The notes: generated from the sequence alone by a model not told the origin. DNA of 64,000 bases from Minisyncoccia bacterium (GCA_044229075.1 JBGATS010000004.1:878-64877); one strand, 5' to 3'. Counted from the first letter of the stretch, positions 38,459-48,082 are shown. Numbers and translations: made by a program.

Positions 38459-39031
38459 TTAACGGCCTGGAACCGTATTTGGTGTTGATTTGTTTTCTTC
38501 GCCTCCAACACCAGATTTTTTCGAATACATCAATTTTTGCCCTGACCCAACTATTTGCCATAATTGTCCGTCACCTAGTTTTATATACCCAGGACGTGCC
38601 GGATCTTGTTTTAAAACAAATTCCGTAGTTGGGCTAATACCTGTTGCAGTGAATGGAACCTTTACAACATCGCCATTTTTCATAGTGAACTCCATTTGGT
38701 AAATAATCCATCCATTGCCAATTTTCTCTTGCGAGAATCGGCACAGCTCCATATTTTTGATTCTATGTTCTTTATACAGCACAGAATCAACAATGTCGCC
38801 GCGTTCATTGACAAACGAGGTGTCTTTTACGTTTTTGAACGTAACTTCACCTTGGATTGCGAATTGAACTTCCAAATCTGATTTTTTTTGAATTTCACGT
38901 TTTTCTAGCGTGAAAATTCCCCATGTGTCGTTTTTTGTTTCAACGATTGGCGTTGAATTGTAAACGATTGTTTTTTTACTGCAGCTCGACATTACTAATG
39001 CGATTACTGCTAAAATAATTAATTTTTTCAT
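38459..39031 (-). CDS. Lipoprotein (lipobox MSSC), hypothetical
   Basis: MKKLIILAVIALVMSSCSKK. Upstream TTGACA-N17-TATAAT. Confidence 0.55.
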   Translation of the reverse strand: MKKLIILAVIALVMSSCSKKTIVYNSTPIVETKNDTWGIFTLEKREIQKKSDLEVQFAIQGEVTFKNVKDTSFVNERGDIVDSVLYKEHRIKNMELCRFSQEKIGNGWIIYQMEFTMKNGDVVKVPFTATGISPTTEFVLKQDPARPGYIKLGDGQLWQIVGSGQKLMYSKKSGVGGEENKSTPNTVPGR

Positions 39032-39125
39032 TTATTCTTTTTTTTTTGATTATTCAATTTTCTACTATTATATACCATAACGTATATTTTGTCAAGTTTT
39101 TTGTTGTGGAGGGGGAATACTGGGG

Positions 39126-39188
39126 GAAATACAGAAAAAAAAAGGGGGGGCGCCTGCGGCGCCCCCCCTTTTTTTTTCTCTGTATTTC
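39126..39188. repeat. GC-rich palindromic element, copy 3 (GAAATACAG-A9-G7CGCC-TGC-GGCGC7-T9-CTGTATTTC)
   Basis: Perfect 11-bp GC stem with A9/T9 flanks. Downstream of the 39242 gene's stop. Confidence 0.75.
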
Positions 39189-39241
39189 TTAAATTTACTC
39201 TAGCAAAAAATCTATACTACCAACAGTTAAAAGACTCCTTG

Positions 39242-39526
39242 TTATACTTCAATCTGCCCTGCAATCGCACGTACCTCATCCTGAATCCATATATCCAAAT
39301 CGGGAAACAATTCAGAAAGCGAAACTTGGTTAGTTGCGGTAGTAGTATGTATTCGGTGATACAGTGGCTCTATCTGATCCTGTGAAACTGTTTGTACTGC
39401 GCGTAGTGCAACAGATTGTATTACCATATCACTAATCTGGTGAACCATATCCTGTCGTTCAGTATCAGAAACCATATCCAGTCCACATGACAACGTTATT
39501 AATTTTTGAAAAACTTCATTGGTCAT
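39242..39526 (-). CDS. Hypothetical protein
   Basis: 94 aa. Forms an operon with the upstream 498-aa gene. Confidence 0.4.
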   Translation of the reverse strand: MTNEVFQKLITLSCGLDMVSDTERQDMVHQISDMVIQSVALRAVQTVSQDQIEPLYHRIHTTTATNQVSLSELFPDLDIWIQDEVRAIAGQIEV

Positions 39527-39533
39527 AGTAATT

Positions 39534-41030
39534 TTAATGCGTGATAAGTTCCTGATAAAGTCGATCCGTGATTACTCGATACAGATCTTGTCGTGAAACG
39601 TTTGCTGGCTGTTCTGGTGCTTCCTCGGAAACAGTTGGTGTAATTGTTTCATCGACTGTATTACTGATTACCGTCGATTGATCGGTGTGATCATTACCAG
39701 GAAGTGTGCGAGCAATATCTAGTGCAGGAGTTTGTATGTCACCAGGAACCGCAAGTCCGAGTGACTCTAAAACTGATTGAGCCTGTGTATCAACAGGTTG
39801 TGCAATAGTGGTTAACAACGCATTCACCGAAGACTGTTGTGCCAATGTCTGATCTGCAGGTTTTTGTTCCGATTGATCAAGTTCGAGTAATTTCTGTGAA
39901 TCAATCCACGCGCTGAACAATCGTTCTACCTGCTGTTGTAATCCATACTCCCGAGGAACCCGATCCAGGCTAATGAGTTTGTGAGTATAGTTACGAATCA
40001 GCATCCATACATCCTCGGCAGGTTGATCGAGGAACGTGTCTGTGCGTGTAACGAGGTCGTGCAATTCTACGAATGATCGTGTTTGTTTGATTGATTCTTC
40101 CAGGGTAATTTCTGGTGATGGTCCTCGTACTATTTCCTGGGTAAATGACCACGAAACTGCCTCTGGTACAACAGGTTCTGTTGGTGCAGATACTTCTTTG
40201 ATATCTGTTGTAGTATGTGTCGACACATCATGAATCATGTCTAGTTGGACAGAGGGTTGATCCTCTGTAGGAGAAATCGTTATTGTTGGTGAAACATTTT
40301 TTTCTGGTGGAACGTTTTCAGATGATAGCTGTATCGTCCCAAGTGTTCCTACAGGAGTTGCTCCTGTATTGTTGACTCGTGAAACAATCTCGACTGGTCG
40401 TGTATCAGATGTTGGTATAGTTTGTGAAACACTCGTGACCGATTGCTCTGGAAAATCTACTGGGTTTGGTAGAGGTTCCTGTGAAACTACTGTTGGTGAG
40501 TCTGGTTGGATAATTGGTTCTGAAAATTCTGATACGACTTCTCGGTATAACCGATCACCAGTATCAAGCGACACATCTGGAATTGGTTCGTTCAGAGAAA
40601 ATGTTTGGTAAGTCTTTTGGTCTCCTATCTGTTTCACGAGACTAAAAAAGTATGCCCCCGGCGTATGAATGATTCGATTGCCGGCATCAAAAGTAATTCC
40701 TTTTGAGGCGAGAATCTGGAGTACGCGCGGAGGAAGTTCATCAATAGAACTAGTCGAACGAAACGCCAAGGTATCTGGAACTGCTTTATCTTTTCCAAAT
40801 GTTACCGCAAGTGTTTTGTCGAGAATTTCATTGAGTGGTTTTTTATCAGAAGAAGCTTGGGTGCTGTTGCGTTCCTCGATTTTTCGTTCTACTGATTTTG
40901 TAACACCAAGAGATCCCAGGGACTGATTAACAACTGGTTGAACTGGTGCAGTCGTGGTCACCGTAGTAGTCGTTACCATACCATTGTTCACTGACTGAGT
41001 TGCAGTTTGTTTTTTTGATGAAGGCATCAT
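39534..41030 (-). CDS. Hypothetical low-complexity (T/S/P/Q-rich) protein. GC content is higher than the surrounding sequence.
   Basis: 498-aa ORF, compositionally biased, no recognised domain. Confidence 0.45.
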   Translation of the reverse strand: MMPSSKKQTATQSVNNGMVTTTTVTTTAPVQPVVNQSLGSLGVTKSVERKIEERNSTQASSDKKPLNEILDKTLAVTFGKDKAVPDTLAFRSTSSIDELPPRVLQILASKGITFDAGNRIIHTPGAYFFSLVKQIGDQKTYQTFSLNEPIPDVSLDTGDRLYREVVSEFSEPIIQPDSPTVVSQEPLPNPVDFPEQSVTSVSQTIPTSDTRPVEIVSRVNNTGATPVGTLGTIQLSSENVPPEKNVSPTITISPTEDQPSVQLDMIHDVSTHTTTDIKEVSAPTEPVVPEAVSWSFTQEIVRGPSPEITLEESIKQTRSFVELHDLVTRTDTFLDQPAEDVWMLIRNYTHKLISLDRVPREYGLQQQVERLFSAWIDSQKLLELDQSEQKPADQTLAQQSSVNALLTTIAQPVDTQAQSVLESLGLAVPGDIQTPALDIARTLPGNDHTDQSTVISNTVDETITPTVSEEAPEQPANVSRQDLYRVITDRLYQELITH

Positions 41031-41145
41031 AGTATTATTAGTATATCATATATTAAACAATACTGTGAATAGGTGTAGTGCTCTGAAAATTTCAAGATAA
41101 CTATTTTTTAAAAAATCTGATACTGTTTTATGCTATACTTTCACT

Positions 41146-42069
41146 ATGAATATTCAGCAAGCAAAACAGCGCTTCTTGGAATATGTTGAAATAGAAAAAG
41201 GGCGAGCGCTCAATACTGTACGAAACTACGAACACTATCTGGATGTGTTTATTCGTCACACCGCTATTCATGATACCAGTGATATCACGGACGAGATTGT
41301 CCGAGAATTTCGTCTGTGGCTCAATCGTCAACCAGTACACACAAAAATTCGTGGAGAACAAAAAACAATGTCAAAAAAAACTCAGAATTATTATTTGATC
41401 GCCCTTCGTGCATTCCTAAAATATTTAGCACGACAAGAGATAAAAAGTCTTCCTGCAGATCGTATTGAACTTGCAAAAGTTCCTATGCGAGAACTCGACT
41501 TGATTACCGCTGCCGAACTCAATCGACTGATGGACGCACCCACAGGTAGTGATGAACGTGCGCTCCGTGATCGTGCGATCTTGGAATTACTCTTTTCGAC
41601 AGGATTGCGTGTATCAGAATTATGCAACCTTACCACCGACATTGATTTTACTACTGATGAATTTTCTGTTCGTGGTAAAGGTGGAAAAATTCGCGTTGTC
41701 TTTATCTCTGATTCTGCACGTACCGCAGTACAACAATATATCCAAAAGAGAAAAGATATGTCCGACGCATTGTTCGTTGCTGTGTCGGATGAAACACGAG
41801 GAAGAAAACCAGCTGACCGTGATGCCAGTCTGACCCGCAGGGCAATCCTGCGCATTGTAAAACACTATGCAATCAAGGCTGGGATTTCAAAAAAGGTGAC
41901 CCCTCACGTGATCAGACACTGCTTTGCAACGGGGTTATTATCCAATGGTGCCGATATCCGCAGTGTGCAAGTGATGTTAGGTCATGCGAACATTGCAACC
42001 ACCCAGGTTTATACTCATGTCACCGATAAACAACTTCGTGAAGTTCACAAAAAATTTCATGGGCGATAA
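41146..42069 (+). CDS. xerC: Tyrosine recombinase XerC/XerD family
   Basis: Catalytic R...HxxR...Y: LRVSEL, HVIRHCFATGLL, QVYTHV. Leaderless promoter TGCTATACT is 6 nt before the ATG. Confidence 0.85.
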   Translation: MNIQQAKQRFLEYVEIEKGRALNTVRNYEHYLDVFIRHTAIHDTSDITDEIVREFRLWLNRQPVHTKIRGEQKTMSKKTQNYYLIALRAFLKYLARQEIKSLPADRIELAKVPMRELDLITAAELNRLMDAPTGSDERALRDRAILELLFSTGLRVSELCNLTTDIDFTTDEFSVRGKGGKIRVVFISDSARTAVQQYIQKRKDMSDALFVAVSDETRGRKPADRDASLTRRAILRIVKHYAIKAGISKKVTPHVIRHCFATGLLSNGADIRSVQVMLGHANIATTQVYTHVTDKQLREVHKKFHGR

Positions 42070-42113
42070 ATACTTCGTGACAAAAAAACCGTACCATCCT
42101 ATACTATAAATAT

Positions 42114-42788
42114 ATGAACGAGTCTTCACACAACCTCCAACACGAATATTTTGATCTTGCCTATCGCACTGGGTCTGATATTTGGACTCATATTCCTTAT
42201 CATAATCTGGCGCTCACCATGCTTCCACCTATTCCGGCGGACAGTATTGTGTTGGATGTTGGATCGGGGCGTGGATTATGGGCGTTCAAATTAATCGACC
42301 ACGGGTTCCGGGTGATTGGCCTTGATTATGTGCAATCCATTGTTGATCGAGTAAACGCAGATATCAAGCTCAACAAATATGCAGAACGTGCGCGGTTTGT
42401 TAAAGGTTCTGCAACAGACCTTCCTTTTACTGATACCAGTTTTCCATTGGTCAGCATGATTGGGTTATTACAACACCTCCCGGAATCTGATTGGGACCAA
42501 CATCTTTCCGAACTTGCACGTGTAGTACAACCTGGTGGGTATGTGCTATCCATTACCCTCTCTGATGAAACGCCACGATTTCTCGGACTTCGACCAAAAT
42601 TCAAAAACGAGTCTCCCTATAATAAATTTGGTGTGTCCTATTATTTTTTTAACAAGGATCAATTACTCGAACTCTTTGCTCGACATGGATTTCAATTGCT
42701 ATCCTATGAACACCAATTGTTCGACACGCGCAGCGATCCCGCTGATTCGTTGGGACTTCATTTTTGTGTGTTTCAGAAAATGAAATAG
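42114..42788 (+). CDS. Class I SAM-dependent methyltransferase
   Basis: LDVGSGRGLWAFKLIDHGFRVIGLD. Confidence 0.7.
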   Translation: MNESSHNLQHEYFDLAYRTGSDIWTHIPYHNLALTMLPPIPADSIVLDVGSGRGLWAFKLIDHGFRVIGLDYVQSIVDRVNADIKLNKYAERARFVKGSATDLPFTDTSFPLVSMIGLLQHLPESDWDQHLSELARVVQPGGYVLSITLSDETPRFLGLRPKFKNESPYNKFGVSYYFFNKDQLLELFARHGFQLLSYEHQLFDTRSDPADSLGLHFCVFQKMK

Positions 42789-42795
42789 TGTAAAT

Positions 42796-42830
42796 ACAAA
42801 GGGTGGGCGCCTGCGGCGCCCACCCTTTGT
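42796..42830. repeat. GC-rich palindromic element, copy 4 (perfect 16-bp arms ACAAAGGGTGGGCGCC-TGC-GGCGCCCACCCTTTGT)
   Basis: Terminator position after the 42114 gene. Confidence 0.75.
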
Positions 42831-42892
42831 TTATAGTATTCGTTCCAAAAAAAACTCTTTACGAATCACGATAAACATTTATACTACATTGT

Positions 42893-43690
42893 ATGAAACT
42901 CGTCTCTTGGAATGTAAATGGAATCCGCGCCGTACATAAAAAAGATTTATTTATACCAATGGTTCAGGTGTTGCAACCAGATGTGATTTGTTTACAAGAA
43001 ACAAAAGCAGAACAACATCAATCACCCATCGATTTATCTGATTATCATGAATATTGGAATTCATCACAAGGTCGCAAGGGTTACAGTGGTACCGCAATTT
43101 TCACCAAGGAAAAACCATTAAATGTATTTCTCGATTTTCCAGAAACAATAACAAAAAAATATACATTAGCAGATCGATATGGCGACCCAAATATAGAAGG
43201 TCGAGTCATTGCAATAGAATTAAAAAAATGTTTTATCGTGAATGTATACACCCCAAATTCTAAAGGCGACCTAAGCCGGCTTCCCTTGCGCGAGAAAAAT
43301 TGGGATCCTGCATTTTTGGAATATTGTAAGGAACTCGAAAAATCAAAACCAGTACTGTTCTGTGGTGATTTGAATGTTGCTCATACCTTTGATGATCTTG
43401 CCAATCCAAAACAAAACATTGGCACACACGGTTTTACTGAACAGGAACGCGCAAGTATTGATACTATAATTACGGCTGGATTTATTGATACATTCCGCAT
43501 GTTCACCACAGGAAACGGTCATTACAGCTGGTGGAGTAATTTTGGTAATGCACGATCGCGCAATGTTGGTTGGCGTATTGATTATTGGTTTGTATCGAAA
43601 AAATTGAAGCCAAAAGTGGTTGCAAGTACGATCCACCCAGAATTCCTGGGGTCAGATCATTGTCCAGTAGTACTTGACATTTCATTATAA
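42893..43690 (+). CDS. xthA: Exodeoxyribonuclease III / AP endonuclease
   Basis: MKLVSWNVNGIRAV...VICLQETK... Confidence 0.85.
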   Translation: MKLVSWNVNGIRAVHKKDLFIPMVQVLQPDVICLQETKAEQHQSPIDLSDYHEYWNSSQGRKGYSGTAIFTKEKPLNVFLDFPETITKKYTLADRYGDPNIEGRVIAIELKKCFIVNVYTPNSKGDLSRLPLREKNWDPAFLEYCKELEKSKPVLFCGDLNVAHTFDDLANPKQNIGTHGFTEQERASIDTIITAGFIDTFRMFTTGNGHYSWWSNFGNARSRNVGWRIDYWFVSKKLKPKVVASTIHPEFLGSDHCPVVLDISL

Positions 43691-43702
43691 TAAGAATAAA
43701 AT

Positions 43703-44062
43703 GTGAAAGAATCAAAATTTTATAACATGAACACAGAAATTAATCTAAGCGGAGAAAAATTTGATATTTTTTCATCTACAGACAGAAAAAGCTTGTTACA
43801 AAGACTACAAGTTTTAGTAAAAAACTTTACATCTCCAGAAATAGAGATGCAATCTCATCTGGGGAAAAATTTTATTAAAAAAATAAAATTAAGAACCAAA
43901 GAGTTGGTTTCTTATGTGGTAGAAAGTCTTAAATTTTTAGTTGCTGAAATGAGTAATCAAATTCCAAAAAAAATTCTAAAGGAGTTGAATATTTTTTTAT
44001 TTAAAATTGAAAAACTTCAAGATTGTCTTTTGGAAAATAAAAAAATTGAACAAAAAATTTAA
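43703..44062 (+). CDS. Hypothetical protein
   Basis: 119 aa. A terminator AGCGTGCC-TATTAT-GGCACGCT follows. Confidence 0.4.
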   Translation: MKESKFYNMNTEINLSGEKFDIFSSTDRKSLLQRLQVLVKNFTSPEIEMQSHLGKNFIKKIKLRTKELVSYVVESLKFLVAEMSNQIPKKILKELNIFLFKIEKLQDCLLENKKIEQKI

Positions 44063-44134
44063 ATAAGATTAGCGTGCCTATTATGGCACGCTTTTTTATT
44101 AGATCAAGTCACCCATGCATGCTATACTGCCTTC

Positions 44135-45733
44135 ATGAAAAATCAGAAATATATTTTTATTACTGGTGGTGTGGTATCAGGATTGGGAAAAGGTATCATG
44201 GGGGCGAGTCTGGGCTTGATTCTCAAGTCCAGCGGATTTTCTGTCGAAGCCTTGAAAATGGATCCCTACCTCAACATTGATCCAGGGACGATGTCTCCCT
44301 ATGAACACGGCGAAGTGTATGTGTTGGACGATGGATCAGAAACAGATCTAGATCTGGGGCATTATGAACGATTTTTGGGAACCCATTTATCAGCACAGAG
44401 CACCCTCTCTGCAGGAAAAATTTATCACACTATTCTATCCCGTGAACGTGCGGGGGAATATTTAGGACACACGGTCCAATTGATTCCTCATATCACTGAT
44501 TTTATTAAAACTACGTACGCAACAACGAACAGTGATATTAAAATTATTGAGATTGGTGGTTCGACTGGTGATATGGAGGCAGAAGTATTTCTGGAAAGTC
44601 TCCGTCAGTTTAAACGCGATCACCCGGAACAAGTTCTCCATGTACATCTGGGATATATTCCCTACTTAGGCGTTTCTGGAGAATACAAGTCAAAACCCAT
44701 CCAAAACTCACTCCGTGAATTACTCCGCCTAGGAATTGCGCCAGACATCATCGCTGCACGATATGAACCAAACGATCACGAGGAGCTTCCAACATCACTG
44801 CTCGAAAAAATTGCACTCTTTGGAAACATTTCCCGCGATCGGGTAATTCCTTGTCCTGATCTGGAAAATATTTATCAAGTTCCTATTCATCTCTTGGAAA
44901 ATACTTCGATCATAACACCACTTACTGATTTTTGTGGACAGGAGCTCCACCCAACACTACCTCGATTCTTTTATGATTACCAAACCCTAAAAGATAAAAC
45001 ACTTCGCATCGCACTCGTTTCAAAATATACAAAACTTTCTGATGCGTACCTCAGTGTTATTGAATCAATCAAGATAGCTGCAACTGCGCACAACGTTGCA
45101 GCTACTACTACCATCGTTGATGCAGATGATCCTGATTTGTTACAGAAACTAGAACCGTTCGATGCAATTATTATCCCTGGAGGTTTTGGGTCACGTGGTA
45201 TGGAAGGAAAAATAAAAGCAATCACCTACGCTCGTACAACTGGAAAACCATTCCTTGGAATTTGCTTGGGATTACAATTAGCGGTCGTTGAGTTTGCTCG
45301 CGCATTTAGCCATCCGAACGCGGTGAGTCGCGAGATGGAAAACACGACAGAGTCTGATGCGTTCATTATTGATTTTATTCCAGAACAACTCAAGATCGAA
45401 CAAAAAGGCGGCACCATGCGACTGGGTACCTATCCTTGTACCCTGAAACCAGGAACATTGGTCCACGAATTATTCGGAACAGAACAAACCATAGAACGAC
45501 ACCGCCATCGGTTAGAGGTACAAAATGGGTATGAAGAAATTCTTGAAAAAAACAGAATGATTATTTCTGGAAAGTTTATCAAGCCAGATACTGATGATTA
45601 CCTAGTAGAAATGATTGAGCTTGATCGTTCGATCCATCCATACTTTGTCGCAACACAATCACATCCAGAATTCTTGTCACAGCCTGATCATCCGCATCCA
45701 CTCTTTCATGGATTGATCAAAGCGTGTTTGTAA
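44135..45733 (+). CDS. pyrG: CTP synthase
   Basis: Begins KYIFITGGVVSGLGKG. Contains a GATase domain with GICLGLQ. Confidence 0.95.
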   Translation: MKNQKYIFITGGVVSGLGKGIMGASLGLILKSSGFSVEALKMDPYLNIDPGTMSPYEHGEVYVLDDGSETDLDLGHYERFLGTHLSAQSTLSAGKIYHTILSRERAGEYLGHTVQLIPHITDFIKTTYATTNSDIKIIEIGGSTGDMEAEVFLESLRQFKRDHPEQVLHVHLGYIPYLGVSGEYKSKPIQNSLRELLRLGIAPDIIAARYEPNDHEELPTSLLEKIALFGNISRDRVIPCPDLENIYQVPIHLLENTSIITPLTDFCGQELHPTLPRFFYDYQTLKDKTLRIALVSKYTKLSDAYLSVIESIKIAATAHNVAATTTIVDADDPDLLQKLEPFDAIIIPGGFGSRGMEGKIKAITYARTTGKPFLGICLGLQLAVVEFARAFSHPNAVSREMENTTESDAFIIDFIPEQLKIEQKGGTMRLGTYPCTLKPGTLVHELFGTEQTIERHRHRLEVQNGYEEILEKNRMIISGKFIKPDTDDYLVEMIELDRSIHPYFVATQSHPEFLSQPDHPHPLFHGLIKACL

Positions 45734-45743
45734 TAACCAAGCA

Positions 45744-45810
45744 ATACAAAACTCTATAAAAAAAAGGGGGGCGCCTGCGGCGCCCCCCTTTTTTTTATAG
45801 AGTTTTGTAT
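45744..45810. repeat. GC-rich palindromic element, copy 5 (67-bp perfect palindrome ATACAAAACTCTATA8G6CGCC-TGC-GGCGC6T8ATAGAGTTTTGTAT)
   Basis: 32-bp perfect arms. Terminator position after pyrG. Confidence 0.8.
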
Positions 45811-45857
45811 TCGAAACATTATACCCAAAAAAATTCCTATGCTATACTACATATGTT

Positions 45858-47144
45858 ATGAAAACAAAAAAACTTTTTCTTTCTATTATTACCAGTTTCG
45901 TCCTATTAGGCGTATTTACACCAACCGTTGATGCGTTCTGTCGCCCGTTTTGGAACCCATCACAGCAATTCGACATGGAAGGCGCAATGAATGTATTTGT
46001 CCATCACGCAGACAATATTGAATCAGTAATCGTCCAACCAGCATACAAGGGAACGGTAAAAGATTTTGCATTGGTATTTGCAACGCCCAACCGTCCAAAG
46101 GTAACCGACGCACCAAAGGGTATTTTTGAACATTTGAATAACCTTACCAATCCATGGGTACCTGTACCCATGATGCTTAATGCAGATATTGCCAGCACAA
46201 GCATTGCAGAAAAATCGGTAACCGTTCACGAAATCGCAACCGCAGGTGATTACACGGCAACTATTCTGTCTGCAACATCTGCAACCGCACTTGCCGACTA
46301 TCTCCGCACTAATGGATACACGGTCAGCGCAAAAGACACCGAGGTATTCAATTATTATGTATCAAAAGGAACTTGGTATTTTGTCGCACTAAAAGCCGAT
46401 TTGACCAAGGTAACCCAAAACCCTGATGGAAAAATTGACGGACTCCTCAGCCCTATTCAGATTACTTTTGCTTCCGATCGTGCAATACTCCCTATGAAAC
46501 TCCTTGCGGGTGACATGGGGACCGTAAAACTCTTGGTATACACCCTCTCGAAAAATGGTCTCTTCATCCCTGGGGTTGATGTGCAGTATGCTAAAAAATT
46601 AACCAACAGTAGCCCACGCGTTACGACTGAATTCGATTGGGCAGCGTGGACAAAAATGAATGAAGTCATCTACGAACCGCTCGCGGGAATCCTTGCCAGA
46701 TTCAATCCTGCACAAAACTGGCTCGTTCGTATGGGTGTTGATGTAGACACAAAATCGGTCACGAGCGACTTGGTATTCACCGATATGATTCCAGGCCCTG
46801 TCAGCCAACAGAACGGAACTCCGAAACGATTCCTCCCTGAACAATTACCGAAACTTGCCGGGGTACTACCAGGAACAGGTGAAGTTTCCACCGGAGACCG
46901 TTATCAAGCATTCTTTACCAGTTCTCAAAAACTTACCTACGGGTCTCGGGGACAGCAGGTAGCGTTGTTACAGGAACTCCTTAATCAAATTATGAAACCA
47001 GCTTCCCCGCTCGTTCCTGATGGAACATGGGGACGAAAAACTGCAGCTCTCGTGCGTACTTTCCAAACCCAATTCGGTATCAAAATTGACGGTATTGTTG
47101 GAAGTCAGACGCGAACATTTATGCAGAGTTTGATGCAGAAATAG
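45858..47144 (+). CDS. Secreted protein with a C-terminal peptidoglycan-binding (PG_binding_1-like) domain
   Basis: Signal peptide. C-terminus: GQQVALLQELLNQ...DGTWGRKTAALVRTFQTQFGIKIDGIVGSQT. Confidence 0.55.
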   Translation: MKTKKLFLSIITSFVLLGVFTPTVDAFCRPFWNPSQQFDMEGAMNVFVHHADNIESVIVQPAYKGTVKDFALVFATPNRPKVTDAPKGIFEHLNNLTNPWVPVPMMLNADIASTSIAEKSVTVHEIATAGDYTATILSATSATALADYLRTNGYTVSAKDTEVFNYYVSKGTWYFVALKADLTKVTQNPDGKIDGLLSPIQITFASDRAILPMKLLAGDMGTVKLLVYTLSKNGLFIPGVDVQYAKKLTNSSPRVTTEFDWAAWTKMNEVIYEPLAGILARFNPAQNWLVRMGVDVDTKSVTSDLVFTDMIPGPVSQQNGTPKRFLPEQLPKLAGVLPGTGEVSTGDRYQAFFTSSQKLTYGSRGQQVALLQELLNQIMKPASPLVPDGTWGRKTAALVRTFQTQFGIKIDGIVGSQTRTFMQSLMQK

Positions 47145-47178
47145 TATTCTATAAAAAACGAGTGATCACTCGTTTTTT

Positions 47179-47448
47179 TTATGTACCTGAAGATTTTCTA
47201 TGAGGACATCCGGCCCAACAACAGGGGCGACGTTTACCTTTTTGCAGATTTTCACTCATACGCACAATATGGCTTTCTCGAGTGGTTGGTTTCTTGAAAA
47301 ACGTTATCCAACAGATCCATTCATTACGTGCCAATGGTGTCAGCGTATTCCACAGCTCTCGTAATGTATTATTTTCGAGTAAAACTGCTCGCACATCCTT
47401 TGGTACTATATGAAATGATCCGGGGAGAATGGTGATTTTTTGAGACAT
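47179..47448 (-). CDS. Small YdeI/OmpD-associated-family-like protein
   Basis: LTPLARNEWICWITFFKKPTTRESHIVRM...GKRRP. Confidence 0.4.
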   Translation of the reverse strand: MSQKITILPGSFHIVPKDVRAVLLENNTLRELWNTLTPLARNEWICWITFFKKPTTRESHIVRMSENLQKGKRRPCCWAGCPHRKSSGT

Positions 47449-47498
47449 ATCTCTATAGTACCAAACTATGAAAATAAAAAAACCTTTTTAAGGTTTTT

Positions 47499-47795
47499 TT
47501 ATTTTTGCTTTCGCTTGGTTGTTGCTGCTTTCTTGGGAAGTACGTTTTTCTTTTTCCCTTCTACTAATTTTTGATCAACCAGGAAATTGTATACCGTTGC
47601 AGAAGGTTGTGCACCATTTGCAAGATAGGTTTTTGTTTTTTCGGTGTGGAAAGATACAGTTCCCATTTTTGGGTTGTATGATCCAATAACCTCAATAAAT
47701 TTTCCAGATTTTGGAGCATTGCGACGATCGGTAACTACCACACGGAAATGTGCCTCGTTTCGTCGTCCAATTCGTTGTAGTCGCATAGTTAACAT
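47499..47795 (-). CDS. rpsP: 30S ribosomal protein S16
   Basis: MLTMRLQRIGRRNEAHFRVVVTDRRNAPKSGKFIEVIGSYNP. Promoter TTGACT-N17-TACTAT is 10 nt upstream. Confidence 0.85.
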   Translation of the reverse strand: MLTMRLQRIGRRNEAHFRVVVTDRRNAPKSGKFIEVIGSYNPKMGTVSFHTEKTKTYLANGAQPSATVYNFLVDQKLVEGKKKNVLPKKAATTKRKQK

Positions 47796-48082
47796 AAGTT
47801 CCCCGATAGTAGCAAAAATGGAAATAAAAGTCAAATATATACAAACCAACCATAATTAAATTTTTTCCCACATCCTCTTAAACACCTCTCGCATATTGTG
47901 TGCCATAACACTATCGTGGATCTCTACCAAATACGCTGGTTTCTGACTGGTTACGATCATAATAATATACGCCCCAACAATCCATTGTGACCCCGTAAAA
48001 TCATTGTCACCATCCCAAAACCGTATTTCACGCCGATCAAGTTGATGCGCAGCGGATTAAATAAAAACCACAAGAGTGGTTT

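Noticed and set aside
39534-41030. Higher-GC 498-aa gene as a phage or foreign tail-fibre-like insertion
   Set aside because: It has no recognisable phage motifs and no flanking repeats. The compositional bias is explained by its T/S/P/Q-rich low-complexity coding sequence.
41146-42069. XerC/D-like recombinase as the integrase of a mobile element
   Set aside because: No phage or IS genes and no att repeats flank it. Motifs and size fit a housekeeping chromosome-dimer-resolution Xer. A mobile-element role cannot be excluded without genome context.
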